From NCBI GenBank assembly GCA_012521335.1, contig JAAYMM010000017.1, positions 1 to 60,862 on the forward strand: 60,862 nt of DNA. The letters are read 5' to 3'. Source of the stretch: Bacillota bacterium (GTDB lineage: Bacteria > Bacillota > Limnochordia > Darwinibacteriales > Darwinibacteriaceae). How positions within the stretch are numbered: position 1 is the stretch's first letter; the number at the start of each line of letters is the position of its first letter. Below, in pieces: positions 28,296 through 37,574 of the stretch. The translations under genes and the position numbers were made by a program. The notes under the pieces are model-generated. The model was not told the DNA's origin. It did not search any database and saw only the letters and a list, made by a program, of their open reading frames with translations.

Positions 28296-30455
28296 CTAAG
28301 TACGATGGATGGCCTCAGTGATCAACTGGCGGACGAACAGAACCACCTGTTCGGTCAGGGCGATAAACAACAACCCCAAAAAGAGGGCGAAGGCCATGCC
28401 CAACAGGGTAGAAATGCAGGTGAAGATGGTCTTGCTAAAGTCATACTCATGGGTGACCATGGTGGCGCCTACTACCAAAAGCACAACGGCCCAGCCCAAC
28501 CCCAAGGACATGAGCATGTAATAGAAAGCTCCTTCTTCGGCGATGAGGAAGTTGCTGATCATGGTCAAGGGCACAACGGTCAGGATGACAGGAATGAGGG
28601 CAAAGGCACTGGCGATGTAGACATCCCGCAGCGTTCCCTTGCCTTCCATCAAGGTGGTCAGAGCCCAGTTGACAAAGGTCCAGAGCAGGAAGGGCAGCAC
28701 AACACTGCCGATCTCCACCAAGAGATTGATCTTACTCAGATCTGCCCTGTTGAAGATGAAGCCCGTGTACTGGCGAGCAAAGACAAAGGTAAGCACAACC
28801 AGGGCTAAGATAATGGTGGCGGCCAAGGGTGTCCCCCTCTGTTCTTTCTTCAACCTTTCGAAACCGTCAAAGGGATGGAAGATGATGTATAACCCGAAGC
28901 GCAGGCTGTTTAGCGTCTTTCGGCCAAACCGGGCCCACTTCGCCTGGGCTGCGGCTGCCTCCTGCGCCGCGGGCAGGCTGGGCCTGCCAGGCCTGAACCT
29001 GCGGAAGAGGAAAAACGCGGCGAGCAAAACCGCGCCTGAGGCGAAGGCTTGGGGGAAGTGGGCATAGACCAGTTCTTTTCGATACAGCTCGAACGCCTCA
29101 GAATACTCAGCACGGTTGTTGCCCAGCCTGAAGTTTTCCATAGCCTGGGCGTATTCGCCCCTTCTAAGCAGCGCCCGGCCGATGCCAGTGTAGGCCACAT
29201 CGAAGTTGGAGTTGAGCACCAGAAGCTGGCCCCAGATTCTTTCAGCCAGGTGGTAGTCGCCCCGCTCGTAAGCATCCAGGGCAGCCCAGATGAGGAGCGC
29301 ATAGTCGGTGGGCTCGAAAACCACGATACCTCCACGCTGGGCATCCAGGACAAGCATCGTTTTGCCCAGATGGTCCAGGGCCACGGGACTGGCCACCTGG
29401 CCGTGCCCTGAACCCCAGTAGCCAAAATCGTAAAGAAGGTTGCCGTTGTTGTCGTAGGTGAATACCCGCCCCCGATTGCCGTCGAGCACGCTATACACTC
29501 CGTAGGGTTGTACCGTGATATCCACCAACATGGAGGATGTGCGCCGGGTGGCTGTGGACCAGCGGTCGGGGAACTCCACATCACCCATGGGATCGGCAAA
29601 GCCCAATCGCCTCAGCAAGTCTTGGCCCTTGGCGTTAATTTTACGGACCTTGATGGCGATTCCGCCTTGATCTTCTTCCTTATCCTCAGCATGGCTGGTG
29701 GCGTAGATGAAACCCTCCGAGTCCAAATCGAAGTTGGTATACTCTGTGGGCAGAAAAGCCCGGATCCTCTGGCGCTGTTCCTTGGTGGCGAAGCGGCTCC
29801 ACAGGTATTCGGCCAAACTGGGCGTAACGCGGGGCGCGCCCAAAAAGCCGCGAAACTGACCGTCGGCACTAAAGCTGATGAATCCTTCGTATAAGTCTTG
29901 GGCGATCACATAAATCCGGCCGTGCTGATCCACGCCCACCTTCAGGGGCCGGTAGTTGAAATTGGCGGGAAGGATCCCCTCAAACTGTGCCTGGGGAGCA
30001 GGCACGATCCGGTTGAGAGTCCCGTCTGGATTGAGGTGTACAATGCGGCCGTTGCCCGTATCGGCAACGTAAATGTGGCCCTCGGGAGTGACAAAAAGGC
30101 CCATGGGAGAGTTGAAGCTGTCGTCATCGCCAAAACTGGAGATCACGCGCACCAGCTGGAAACTGCCATCGGCCACAACCAGGCGGTTGTTGCCCGTATC
30201 GGCGATATAAATCTCGCCCTGCGCGCTGACAAACAGGTCATTCGGATTCTTCAGCGGCCCCACCTGCAGATCGTCCCCCAGGATGATCCGAGACGGGAGA
30301 TAGGCCTGGGGGCTGGGTACCGCCTTCTGCCAGAAATCATACAAATAGCTGGTGTATGGAACAGTGAAGTTGGTAATTGAGGTGCCTTGGGCGTAAGCAG
30401 AGCAGCAAGCCGCCAGCACGGCCACCAGCACTGCACACACCTTGCGCCACATCAT
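28296..30455 (-). CDS. NHL-repeat / TPR / Yip1-domain membrane protein (719 aa)
   Basis: Signal peptide, repeated YIADTGNNR / YVADTGNGR (NHL), TPR-like helix pair (AYTGIGRALLRRGEYAQAM), C-terminal multi-TM Yip1-like domain (HPFDGFERLK...). Confidence 0.8.
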   Translation of the reverse strand: MMWRKVCAVLVAVLAACCSAYAQGTSITNFTVPYTSYLYDFWQKAVPSPQAYLPSRIILGDDLQVGPLKNPNDLFVSAQGEIYIADTGNNRLVVADGSFQLVRVISSFGDDDSFNSPMGLFVTPEGHIYVADTGNGRIVHLNPDGTLNRIVPAPQAQFEGILPANFNYRPLKVGVDQHGRIYVIAQDLYEGFISFSADGQFRGFLGAPRVTPSLAEYLWSRFATKEQRQRIRAFLPTEYTNFDLDSEGFIYATSHAEDKEEDQGGIAIKVRKINAKGQDLLRRLGFADPMGDVEFPDRWSTATRRTSSMLVDITVQPYGVYSVLDGNRGRVFTYDNNGNLLYDFGYWGSGHGQVASPVALDHLGKTMLVLDAQRGGIVVFEPTDYALLIWAALDAYERGDYHLAERIWGQLLVLNSNFDVAYTGIGRALLRRGEYAQAMENFRLGNNRAEYSEAFELYRKELVYAHFPQAFASGAVLLAAFFLFRRFRPGRPSLPAAQEAAAAQAKWARFGRKTLNSLRFGLYIIFHPFDGFERLKKEQRGTPLAATIILALVVLTFVFARQYTGFIFNRADLSKINLLVEIGSVVLPFLLWTFVNWALTTLMEGKGTLRDVYIASAFALIPVILTVVPLTMISNFLIAEEGAFYYMLMSLGLGWAVVLLVVGATMVTHEYDFSKTIFTCISTLLGMAFALFLGLLFIALTEQVVLFVRQLITEAIHRT

Positions 30456-30477
30456 CGCCCACCTCCCTGCTGTGAGA

Positions 30478-30507
30478 AGGTCTGTGAGCCTTGAGGCTCA
30501 CAGACCT
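30478..30507. other. Intercistronic 13-bp hairpin without U-tract
   Basis: AGGTCTGTGAGCC-TTGA-GGCTCACAGACCT. Confidence 0.75.
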
Positions 30508-30523
30508 AAACCGCTTCCCTGCT

Positions 30524-31831
30524 TTACTGCTTGAGGTACTCGTCGATCATGGCCTGGCCTTGCGGCTTGAACTCGTTGACGATGGTGGAAGCCACTCCGC
30601 CGCCCTTGATACCCTCGATCACGCCGCCATAGGGCGTCTGATTCTCGTACCAGGCACCAAGGAAGTTGTGGTAGTAGGCGGCGTCGCCGTTCACCTCGGC
30701 AAAGGCCCTCTGGAATACTTGATACGAGGTGCGGTCATAGGCACGATCGCGGATCATATCTTCCATGGCCTCGTAGTAGTCCTCCAGCGGGAAGAGGAAG
30801 TTGTCCAGAGCGATCAGGCCCAGGGGATAGGCGGCATTTCTGGGTATGAAGATGGCATCGGCCACCCCAGGTGCGAAGACATAGTCATCGACATCATCGC
30901 CCATGGGCAGGGGCAGGATTCCGTGCCTGAATTCGTACTAGCTGGGGTTAATCTGCCAGAACGGCATGATGCCGATGGCTGTGCGGCCGGTGATGAACTC
31001 CCTCATCTGCCAGTCACCGTAGGAAATGCCCAGCACGTTTTCCCACTCAGCCAGTTTGCGCAGGGCGTTGATGGCCTGAGGCTCATCCAATGCATAATAG
31101 ACTCTGCCGTCATCGCCCAGCCTGGTGATGGCGCCTCCGTTGCTGAAGATCATGAACATGGGATCGATGAAAGCGAGCGCCCACTGGTCCACAACCCCAT
31201 CACCATCTGTATCACGGGTGACCTGGCGGCCGATCTCCTCCACGATCTTCCAGTTCCATTCATTGTTCTCATAGAGTTCGTAAGGATCCGGCAGGCCTTC
31301 CCGCTCGAACAGGTCGAGATTGACCACAGCAAAAGGCGCATGGCCGAAGTCGTCGGGAACACCTACGGAGAAGTGGAAGACATGCCCGTCATAGGACAGG
31401 CGCTCATTCTTCTCGCGCGTAATTGGTGAGAGCTGTTCAAAGTACTCGGGAGGCAGAATCTCGTCCACTGGGTAGAACGCGCCGCGGGTAGCCAGGGTGA
31501 AGAAATCCCTGTGGGGCAGGCGCCAGATGTCATACTGCGAGTCGCCCGACAGATAGCGGTTGAGAGCCAGTTGTCCGACTTCATCCCAACCTGCCGTGAT
31601 CAGCTGGATGTCACCGATATTGAACAGCTTCTTAGCCTCTTCCAGCCGTCCCGCGCGTGCTCCGCCTTCGTAGAAAGCGGATAAGTTGTCGAAGTGTGCT
31701 ACATAGGTTACTGTTGCGCCTTGGAAGTCAATGGGTCCGAAGTCCATGCGGTCAGATTCATAAGCCAATACGACGGGCGATATTGCCGCTGCTACGAGCA
31801 GCACAGCAGTAAGCAATCCAATCTTTCTCAT
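30524..31831 (-). pseudogene. Sugar ABC solute-binding protein interrupted by one in-frame TAG (30938-30940)
   Basis: ORFs 30938..31831 and 30524..30904 share a frame: ...FWQINPS*YEFRHGILPLPMGDD...; joined length 435 codons; Sec signal peptide. Confidence 0.8.
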
Positions 31832-31912
31832 TGACTTATGTCCTCCTTTGCTTTTCCTTCCTTACTCCCATCCTCCGGTGCAAAAGCAATCTCTTCTAGG
31901 AGCCCCCTCCCT

Positions 31913-33139
31913 TCATTCCCCTGTGGTGTGATCTGCCCAGCGATCATTGGGCAGCAGCGGATACCAGCCTGGTCTTCTGGAATCTCGGTCGTATGGGTAG
32001 TTGCCCAGCTCTTTGTACAGCTCAGCATACTGCTGTACTTTATCCCGATCGAGCCTAACTCCCAACCCCGGTTTATCAGGCACTTGGATCTTGCCATCAA
32101 CGATCCGGAACTTGCCTCCTTGCACGATATCATCCCGCAGGTGGTGATAGTGGGCATCGATGGCAAAGGATAGACTGGGCAGCACGGCACCAAGGTGCAG
32201 CATGGTAGCTAACTGAATGCCCAGTTCACCTGAGGAGTGCACTGCCACGCCCAGCTGAAATGTCTCACATACATTGGCCGCTTTAATGCAGGCTCGAATT
32301 CCGCCCCAGAACGTGGTGTCCAGCAGGATCACATCAACGGCAGGATGGAGGACATTCTGCGCCAGCTGCTCGAAGTTGACCACAACGGTGTTGGTGGCCA
32401 GGGGTATGCGCGTGTTCTCCCGCACCCGCCGCATTCCGTTTAAGCCCCAGGTGGGGTCCTCTAGATAATCATTGCGCAGATCCTCAATTTGCCGGGCAAA
32501 CCAGATGCTCTCTTCCACACTCCAGCAGGCATTGGGGTCGATCCGGAAGGCATCCCCGGGAAACTCCGCTGCTAAGGCGCGGTAAGCTTCCAGCTCGTAT
32601 TCGGGCCTGAATACGCCCGCTTTCAGTTTGTGGGTACGGAAACCATAGCTCTCCTTGAGGTGCTGGGTGTGGGCGAGGAGTTGGTCTATGGTGCGCACCT
32701 CATCGTAAAGCCCATCTTCACTGCGGTAGCGGAAGAAAAGGTAGCTGGCTAGGGGGATCTCATCCCGCAGTTTGCCGCCTAAGAGCTTGTGCACAGGCAG
32801 CCCCAGTTTTTGGCCGATAATGTCTAGGCAGGCAAACTCAATGGCCGCCATGAGCTGGGTGCGGTTGTTGTACAAGCTGGCCGTGGGATTGCAGATTTTG
32901 AAGCGCAGTTCTTCCAAAGCAAAGGGATCGTGGCCCACCAAGTAGGGCTTGAGGCCCAGAAACTGCAGCTCTGCGCTCTCGCCGCCGCCTCCCATCTCGC
33001 CCAAGCCGATGATCCCTTCATCCGTTTCCACCTCAACGATGGTGCGGACAAATCGTCCCCAGTGTTCACCATTGCTGTGCCGCAGGGGTGCTTCGAGCGG
33101 TACTGTAACTGTGGTCGGCCGAATGTCCACGATTTTCAT
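31913..33139 (-). CDS. Enolase-superfamily acid-sugar dehydratase, glucarate-dehydratase-like subgroup
   Basis: HKLKAG (KxK), RIDPN, YLEDP, LATN, AVHS: the D/E/N metal-ligand pattern of the GlucD subgroup; ATGA overlap with the GntR stop. Confidence 0.88.
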   Translation of the reverse strand: MKIVDIRPTTVTVPLEAPLRHSNGEHWGRFVRTIVEVETDEGIIGLGEMGGGGESAELQFLGLKPYLVGHDPFALEELRFKICNPTASLYNNRTQLMAAIEFACLDIIGQKLGLPVHKLLGGKLRDEIPLASYLFFRYRSEDGLYDEVRTIDQLLAHTQHLKESYGFRTHKLKAGVFRPEYELEAYRALAAEFPGDAFRIDPNACWSVEESIWFARQIEDLRNDYLEDPTWGLNGMRRVRENTRIPLATNTVVVNFEQLAQNVLHPAVDVILLDTTFWGGIRACIKAANVCETFQLGVAVHSSGELGIQLATMLHLGAVLPSLSFAIDAHYHHLRDDIVQGGKFRIVDGKIQVPDKPGLGVRLDRDKVQQYAELYKELGNYPYDRDSRRPGWYPLLPNDRWADHTTGE

Positions 33140-33870
33140 AACGACCATCCTTTCGCTGTGCCGACGCGTGACGCTTGGACAAAATAGCCGGGATACTGGG
33201 CCAGCAGCTCATCCTCTTCCACCATGATCATGCGCAGGTGGTCGGTCATGATTTTTCTCGCCTCTTGGGCCTTTCCCTCTCTTAAGGCTTGGAAGACGGC
33301 TTGATGCTGCCTGAGAATCTGTTCCCAATTCGAGTCATGGGATAAACGGAGTACTCTCACTCGGTAAAAGTCTAGATTCAGCTGCTTAACCATGTCATAG
33401 GTCAGCTGCTTGCCGCAGGCGCGGAAAATAGCGGCGTGAAACTCGTCATCTAGGGCCAGCATGCGCAGGTAATCCTGGTTCTGGCAGCACTGCTCTTGCG
33501 CAGCCAGATTGTACTCCAGCTCCCGGATGTGATCGTCAGATAGACGCCCAGCCGCTTCCTCAACCACTGCCGTTTCCACAATCTCCCGTACCCAACGCCC
33601 TTCTTCCATCGACTCCAAGTTGATTAAAGACACATAGGTGCCGCGCTGAGGGTAGATCTCCACTAGACCATCTTGATGGAGGTGAACAAATACTTCGCGC
33701 ACGGGTGTGCGGCTCACTTTGAACTCCTCAGAAATCTCCTGCTCGGACATCTTCGTGCCCGGCTTCAAATGCAGATGAAGAATACTATGGCGCAGGGTGT
33801 TGTACACGAACTCCTTTGCCGACGCCCGCCTGCGCGGGGGGCGCCGCGCCGCAAATCTAGGTATGCTCAT
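33136..33870 (-). CDS. GntR-family regulator with FCD domain (RspR/YdfH-like)
   Basis: w[21 protein letters not shown]...YPQRGTYV; FCD motif DDEFH...H...H. Confidence 0.92.
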   Translation of the reverse strand: MSIPRFAARRPPRRRASAKEFVYNTLRHSILHLHLKPGTKMSEQEISEEFKVSRTPVREVFVHLHQDGLVEIYPQRGTYVSLINLESMEEGRWVREIVETAVVEEAAGRLSDDHIRELEYNLAAQEQCCQNQDYLRMLALDDEFHAAIFRACGKQLTYDMVKQLNLDFYRVRVLRLSHDSNWEQILRQHQAVFQALREGKAQEARKIMTDHLRMIMVEEDELLAQYPGYFVQASRVGTAKGWSL

Positions 33871-33885
33871 CGCCTCCCGAGGATA

Positions 33886-33940
33886 ATACTACCATGGTAG
33901 TATGCTTTAATATTAAATAACATTTTCCTAAAAGTCAACC
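33886..33940 (-). promoter_or_regulatory. sigmaA promoter + 18-bp palindromic operator for the GntR operon
   Basis: TTGACT-N17-TAATAT, 6 nt, then the perfect palindrome ATACTACCATGGTAGTAT (33886-33903). Confidence 0.85.
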
Positions 33941-33955
33941 TTGTTTTTACTCATT

Positions 33956-36900
33956 TCAATCTCCAGGCGGTTTGCTCGGAGCAACCGGCAGAAACTGCAG
34001 CCAGGCCAGATCGAACCGGGAGCCTGGCAGGAAGATCAGCCGCACCTGCGCCCTACCCTGAACAGGCTCAAGGTCAAACACCCGCTCCGTATAGTCCTCC
34101 GCGTAGGCAAACTCCACCTGCCGGCGGTCTTCCCTTTCATCCTGGATCAGGCTGAGCTGCACCGGGGCTATGGCCAAAGGGGTGCGTCCGCAGAGAACCA
34201 GCCCTGCCGCGCCTTCAGGCCCGAAGTCAAGTTCGCCAAAATCTATGGTGACGTTGTTGCCGATCCCTTCAAGGCAGTCTCCCTTAAAGGCAAACTGGTC
34301 GCCGTAGATGCGGCTGCAGTCGGCCGCGGGGATCCTGGCAAAGGCCCTCCGCTGCTGCACGAATCTGAAGCCTTTGATGTGCATCTTGTCCTGGGTGACC
34401 ATCCAGAGCGAAGTCACGCCCTTTAAGCGCTTAGCGAGCTGGTAAGTCTCACTCTGGTACACATTCCATCTTGTCGGCTTTTGGTAGACCGTGTCCAACA
34501 AAAGCACGCTGCCCTTTTCCCCGGGCCGTCCTTCCCACAGCTGCAGGGGATAGGGGCGACTGGTCAGGGCGAAAATTGGGATGGTGATGGTATCCGAACC
34601 ATCGGGGCCGAAATCCAGGGCGGTAAAGCCCACCTGCGTTTCCGCTCCCCTGGCCGTGGCCACCCCCCTCTCGTTGCCCGGGCCCACTTCCCCCACCACA
34701 GCATCATAAAGGCTTCCCGCTGTGAACTGGTAAGGATCTTTGCACAGCGTACCCAGGCCCACCGCCTCAAACTCCAGTTCAGCAAAGAGCCGGACAGCAG
34801 CAGTACCATTGGTGCTCAGGCAGCGCAGGCGAAACTGGCCGTCCCCGAGCGCCTGCAGGCGTACCCAATCCTCGCCGGCCTCCACGATCTTGGCCAGAGG
34901 TGAGTACGCTCCCCCAGGGTGCACCACCCGCCAGTCAAGGCTGCGGTAGGAGGTGTCCGGGGGATACAGCTTAGCCTGCACCGTAAGCTCCTTGCGGTCT
35001 GGCGTGAATACCCGGCTTCCCTCGGCCCGCAGCTCAATCTTGCGCAGGGGCACCTCTCCCAGGCGGCCCGTGTGGATTGGCCGCGGCTGGTTGCGCTCCT
35101 GGGCCGCGACTCCTTGGGGCGGCCCGCCAGCAGTGGGCCGGCTGAAGAAGTGCGCTTCCGCCTTGGGCAGGCTGGGGGAGACAACCTCCAGTTTGATTTC
35201 TCCCGGTTCCCGAATGGCGGCGATTATGGCGCGCAGCTTGCCGCTGAACAGCCTCCTGCTGATTCCCTTGAAGGAATCGTAATCGGTGCTGTCTCCGTTA
35301 TCCAGGCCCACCAGACGCCCAGCGCCGCTCACGAACACCTCCACCCGGTTTTGGGCGTTTTCCACCGGATTGCCTCGGGCATCTTCCATGGAGATTTCCA
35401 CGAAGATCAGGTCTGAGCCATCAGCCTGCAGGTCGGTTTTGTCAGCTTGGATCCTGATCCTGGCCGGATCCCCAAAGGAACGCCGCACCGCGCAGGCCAA
35501 AACGGTGCCGTCCTCATCTAGGGCTGTAGCCTTCAACTCGCCGGGTTCAAAGGGTACCTTCCAGCTGGTGACGTAGAGGTGCTCAGGCTCACGCAGGTTC
35601 CTCCATCCCACCTCCTTACCATTGAGCTCCAGCTTGACCAGGGGCGCGTTGGAGGCCACCCGCACATCGATGATCTGGCCGGGACTGAAATCCCAGTACG
35701 GGTAGAGGTGCACCATGGGGTGTGTCTTATAATCAGTCCACGCAGCTTGGTAGATATAGTAAGAATCCTTGGGAAAAGATGCAGTATCTAACTGGCCGAA
35801 GAACGAGTTCTTGCTGTGGTAAGGGGTGGGCTCGCCTAAGTAGTCAAAGCCCGTCCAGATGAACTGGCCCAGAGAATAGGCAGCCTTCCGCTCCACATCC
35901 AGGCAGGCTTGGGTGCTGGCGGCCCCCCAGCTTACGGGACTGTTGCCCAGGGCTGAGCACTGGCCATCATCCTCGCCCAGGATAGTCACCTCCAATGGGA
36001 AGTGGTAAATACCCCTGCTCTGCACCACTGAGCTGGTTTCGCTGCCGTAAAGAACCCAATTGGGGTGTTCTGCCCGGTGGCTGGCATACAGATGGGCTCC
36101 GTAATTGTAACCCACGGCATCCAGCAGCTCTGCGCAGCGCTGGGTGTTTTCCCACTGCAGGTAGTTGGAACCAAAGGTGAGCAAGCCGTTACCCCGCGGG
36201 TCGTGGCGGCGCACCAGGGAGATGAGCTGACGGGTCAGTTCCAGTCCCCGTTCACCCAATTGGGTGTCTAGAATCTCATTGCCGATACTCCACATCAGCA
36301 GGCTGGGATGATTGCGGTCTCGGCGGATCCAGCTGGCTACATCGCGCTCCACCCACTCTGGAAAGAAGCGGGCGTAATCGTAGGTGGTTTTGGGTAGTTC
36401 CCAAACGTCGAAGGCCTCACTGATCACCAGAAAGCCCAGCTCATCCGCGAGTTCCATAAACCCCTTCGCCGGCACGCTGTGCCCAGTACGGATGGCATTC
36501 ACTCCCATGGCCTTCAGCAATTGGAAGCGCTTTCTCAGGGCATTTTTGTTGAAGGCTGCGCCCAAAGCCCCCAGGTCATGGTGCTCGCAGACACCGTGGA
36601 GCTTGAGCCTGCTGCCGTTGAGGACCAATCCCTGATCCGGGCTTAAGGCCACTTCCTTGAAACCAATCTTCTGCAACGTGCTGTCCAGCACCTGTCCCGT
36701 CCGGGCATCAAGCAGCTCAGTAAGGAACGTGTACAGCTTGGGCCGCTGCGGGCTCCAGCGCTCCACTCCCTGCACAATCAGCTCCTGAGTGTTTGTCACT
36801 AGGCCCTCAGCGCCATCCAGCCGCGCTTGGGATTGGGCTTTCACCGTTTGCCCCTGGTAGATGGTGTGCACTACCGTCAGGGGCGTTCCTGAACCTGCCT

Positions 36901-37408
36901 GCACTTCACATTCCACGCTCACCTGCCAGGAGTCTGCCTGCCCCAAAGGTCGGCTGTGGACGTAAAGGCCATCCGTAACGAGATAATCCAAGCCTCTCAT
37001 CTTCAGCCATACGTTGCGGTAGATGCCTGCTCCAGAATACCAGCGGCTGTTGGGCGCTTGGTGCACCACCTTAACTAGGACTTCATTGCGGCCTGGCCTG
37101 AGGGCATGGGTGATTTCGTGTTCAAACGAGGTGTAGCCGTTTTTCCAGTCTCCGATCCAGGTACCGTTGACCAACAGGGAAGAGTCCATGTAAACGCCTT
37201 CGAAATAGAGGAAGATGCGCCCAGTCCCACTATAATCCACATGACGCCTGTACCAGCCGATGCCGTCTGCATAGAGGTTTTTGCAGTCGTAAATCAGCCA
37301 GTCATGGGGCAGATCGACGCTGCTAAACTCCAGCCCAGCAGGGCCGCTCTGATCTAGTGGCCCGAGGGCAAACTGCCAACCGTCATTGAGCAAAATGGTC
37401 TTCCCCAT
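33956..37408 (-). CDS. GH2 glycoside hydrolase (1150 aa) with C-terminal accessory domains
   Basis: GVCEHHDLGALG, NAIRTGH, RDRNHPS, acid/base WSIGNE, YGSET, WTGFDYLGEPTPY. Confidence 0.92.
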   Translation of the reverse strand: MGKTILLNDGWQFALGPLDQSGPAGLEFSSVDLPHDWLIYDCKNLYADGIGWYRRHVDYSGTGRIFLYFEGVYMDSSLLVNGTWIGDWKNGYTSFEHEITHALRPGRNEVLVKVVHQAPNSRWYSGAGIYRNVWLKMRGLDYLVTDGLYVHSRPLGQADSWQVSVECEVQAGSGTPLTVVHTIYQGQTVKAQSQARLDGAEGLVTNTQELIVQGVERWSPQRPKLYTFLTELLDARTGQVLDSTLQKIGFKEVALSPDQGLVLNGSRLKLHGVCEHHDLGALGAAFNKNALRKRFQLLKAMGVNAIRTGHSVPAKGFMELADELGFLVISEAFDVWELPKTTYDYARFFPEWVERDVASWIRRDRNHPSLLMWSIGNEILDTQLGERGLELTRQLISLVRRHDPRGNGLLTFGSNYLQWENTQRCAELLDAVGYNYGAHLYASHRAEHPNWVLYGSETSSVVQSRGIYHFPLEVTILGEDDGQCSALGNSPVSWGAASTQACLDVERKAAYSLGQFIWTGFDYLGEPTPYHSKNSFFGQLDTASFPKDSYYIYQAAWTDYKTHPMVHLYPYWDFSPGQIIDVRVASNAPLVKLELNGKEVGWRNLREPEHLYVTSWKVPFEPGELKATALDEDGTVLACAVRRSFGDPARIRIQADKTDLQADGSDLIFVEISMEDARGNPVENAQNRVEVFVSGAGRLVGLDNGDSTDYDSFKGISRRLFSGKLRAIIAAIREPGEIKLEVVSPSLPKAEAHFFSRPTAGGPPQGVAAQERNQPRPIHTGRLGEVPLRKIELRAEGSRVFTPDRKELTVQAKLYPPDTSYRSLDWRVVHPGGAYSPLAKIVEAGEDWVRLQALGDGQFRLRCLSTNGTAAVRLFAELEFEAVGLGTLCKDPYQFTAGSLYDAVVGEVGPGNERGVATARGAETQVGFTALDFGPDGSDTITIPIFALTSRPYPLQLWEGRPGEKGSVLLLDTVYQKPTRWNVYQSETYQLAKRLKGVTSLWMVTQDKMHIKGFRFVQQRRAFARIPAADCSRIYGDQFAFKGDCLEGIGNNVTIDFGELDFGPEGAAGLVLCGRTPLAIAPVQLSLIQDEREDRRQVEFAYAEDYTERVFDLEPVQGRAQVRLIFLPGSRFDLAWLQFLPVAPSKPPGD

Positions 37409-37424
37409 ACCCTGTTCTCCTCTC

Positions 37425-37442
37425 GTAAGCTGACCAGCTTAC
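37425..37442. promoter_or_regulatory. Second palindrome just upstream of the GH2 RBS
   Basis: GTAAGCTG-AC-CAGCTTAC. Confidence 0.4.
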
Positions 37443-37497
37443 TGTCCTGTTCCATTATTTTCATGGAGTTAAAACAAATAACCCGCCGTAAATTATG

Positions 37498-37553
37498 GGT
37501 TGACTTTTATCAAAATGTAAGATATTATCCAAGTATACTACCATGGTAGTATA
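37498..37553 (+). promoter_or_regulatory. sigmaA promoter + palindromic operator for the third ABC operon
   Basis: TTGACT (37500-37505), N17, TATTAT (37523-37528), then TATACTACCATGGTAGTATA (37534-37553). Confidence 0.88.
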
Positions 37554-37574
37554 AAGAGGGGCGGAGGGCAAGAG

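Noticed and set aside
30938-30940. Pyrrolysine recoding as the main explanation of the in-frame TAG
   Set aside because: TAG is a routine stop in this window (potA, flagellin, PGM, patB, fprA), no pyl genes are visible, and an SBP has no catalytic need for Pyl.
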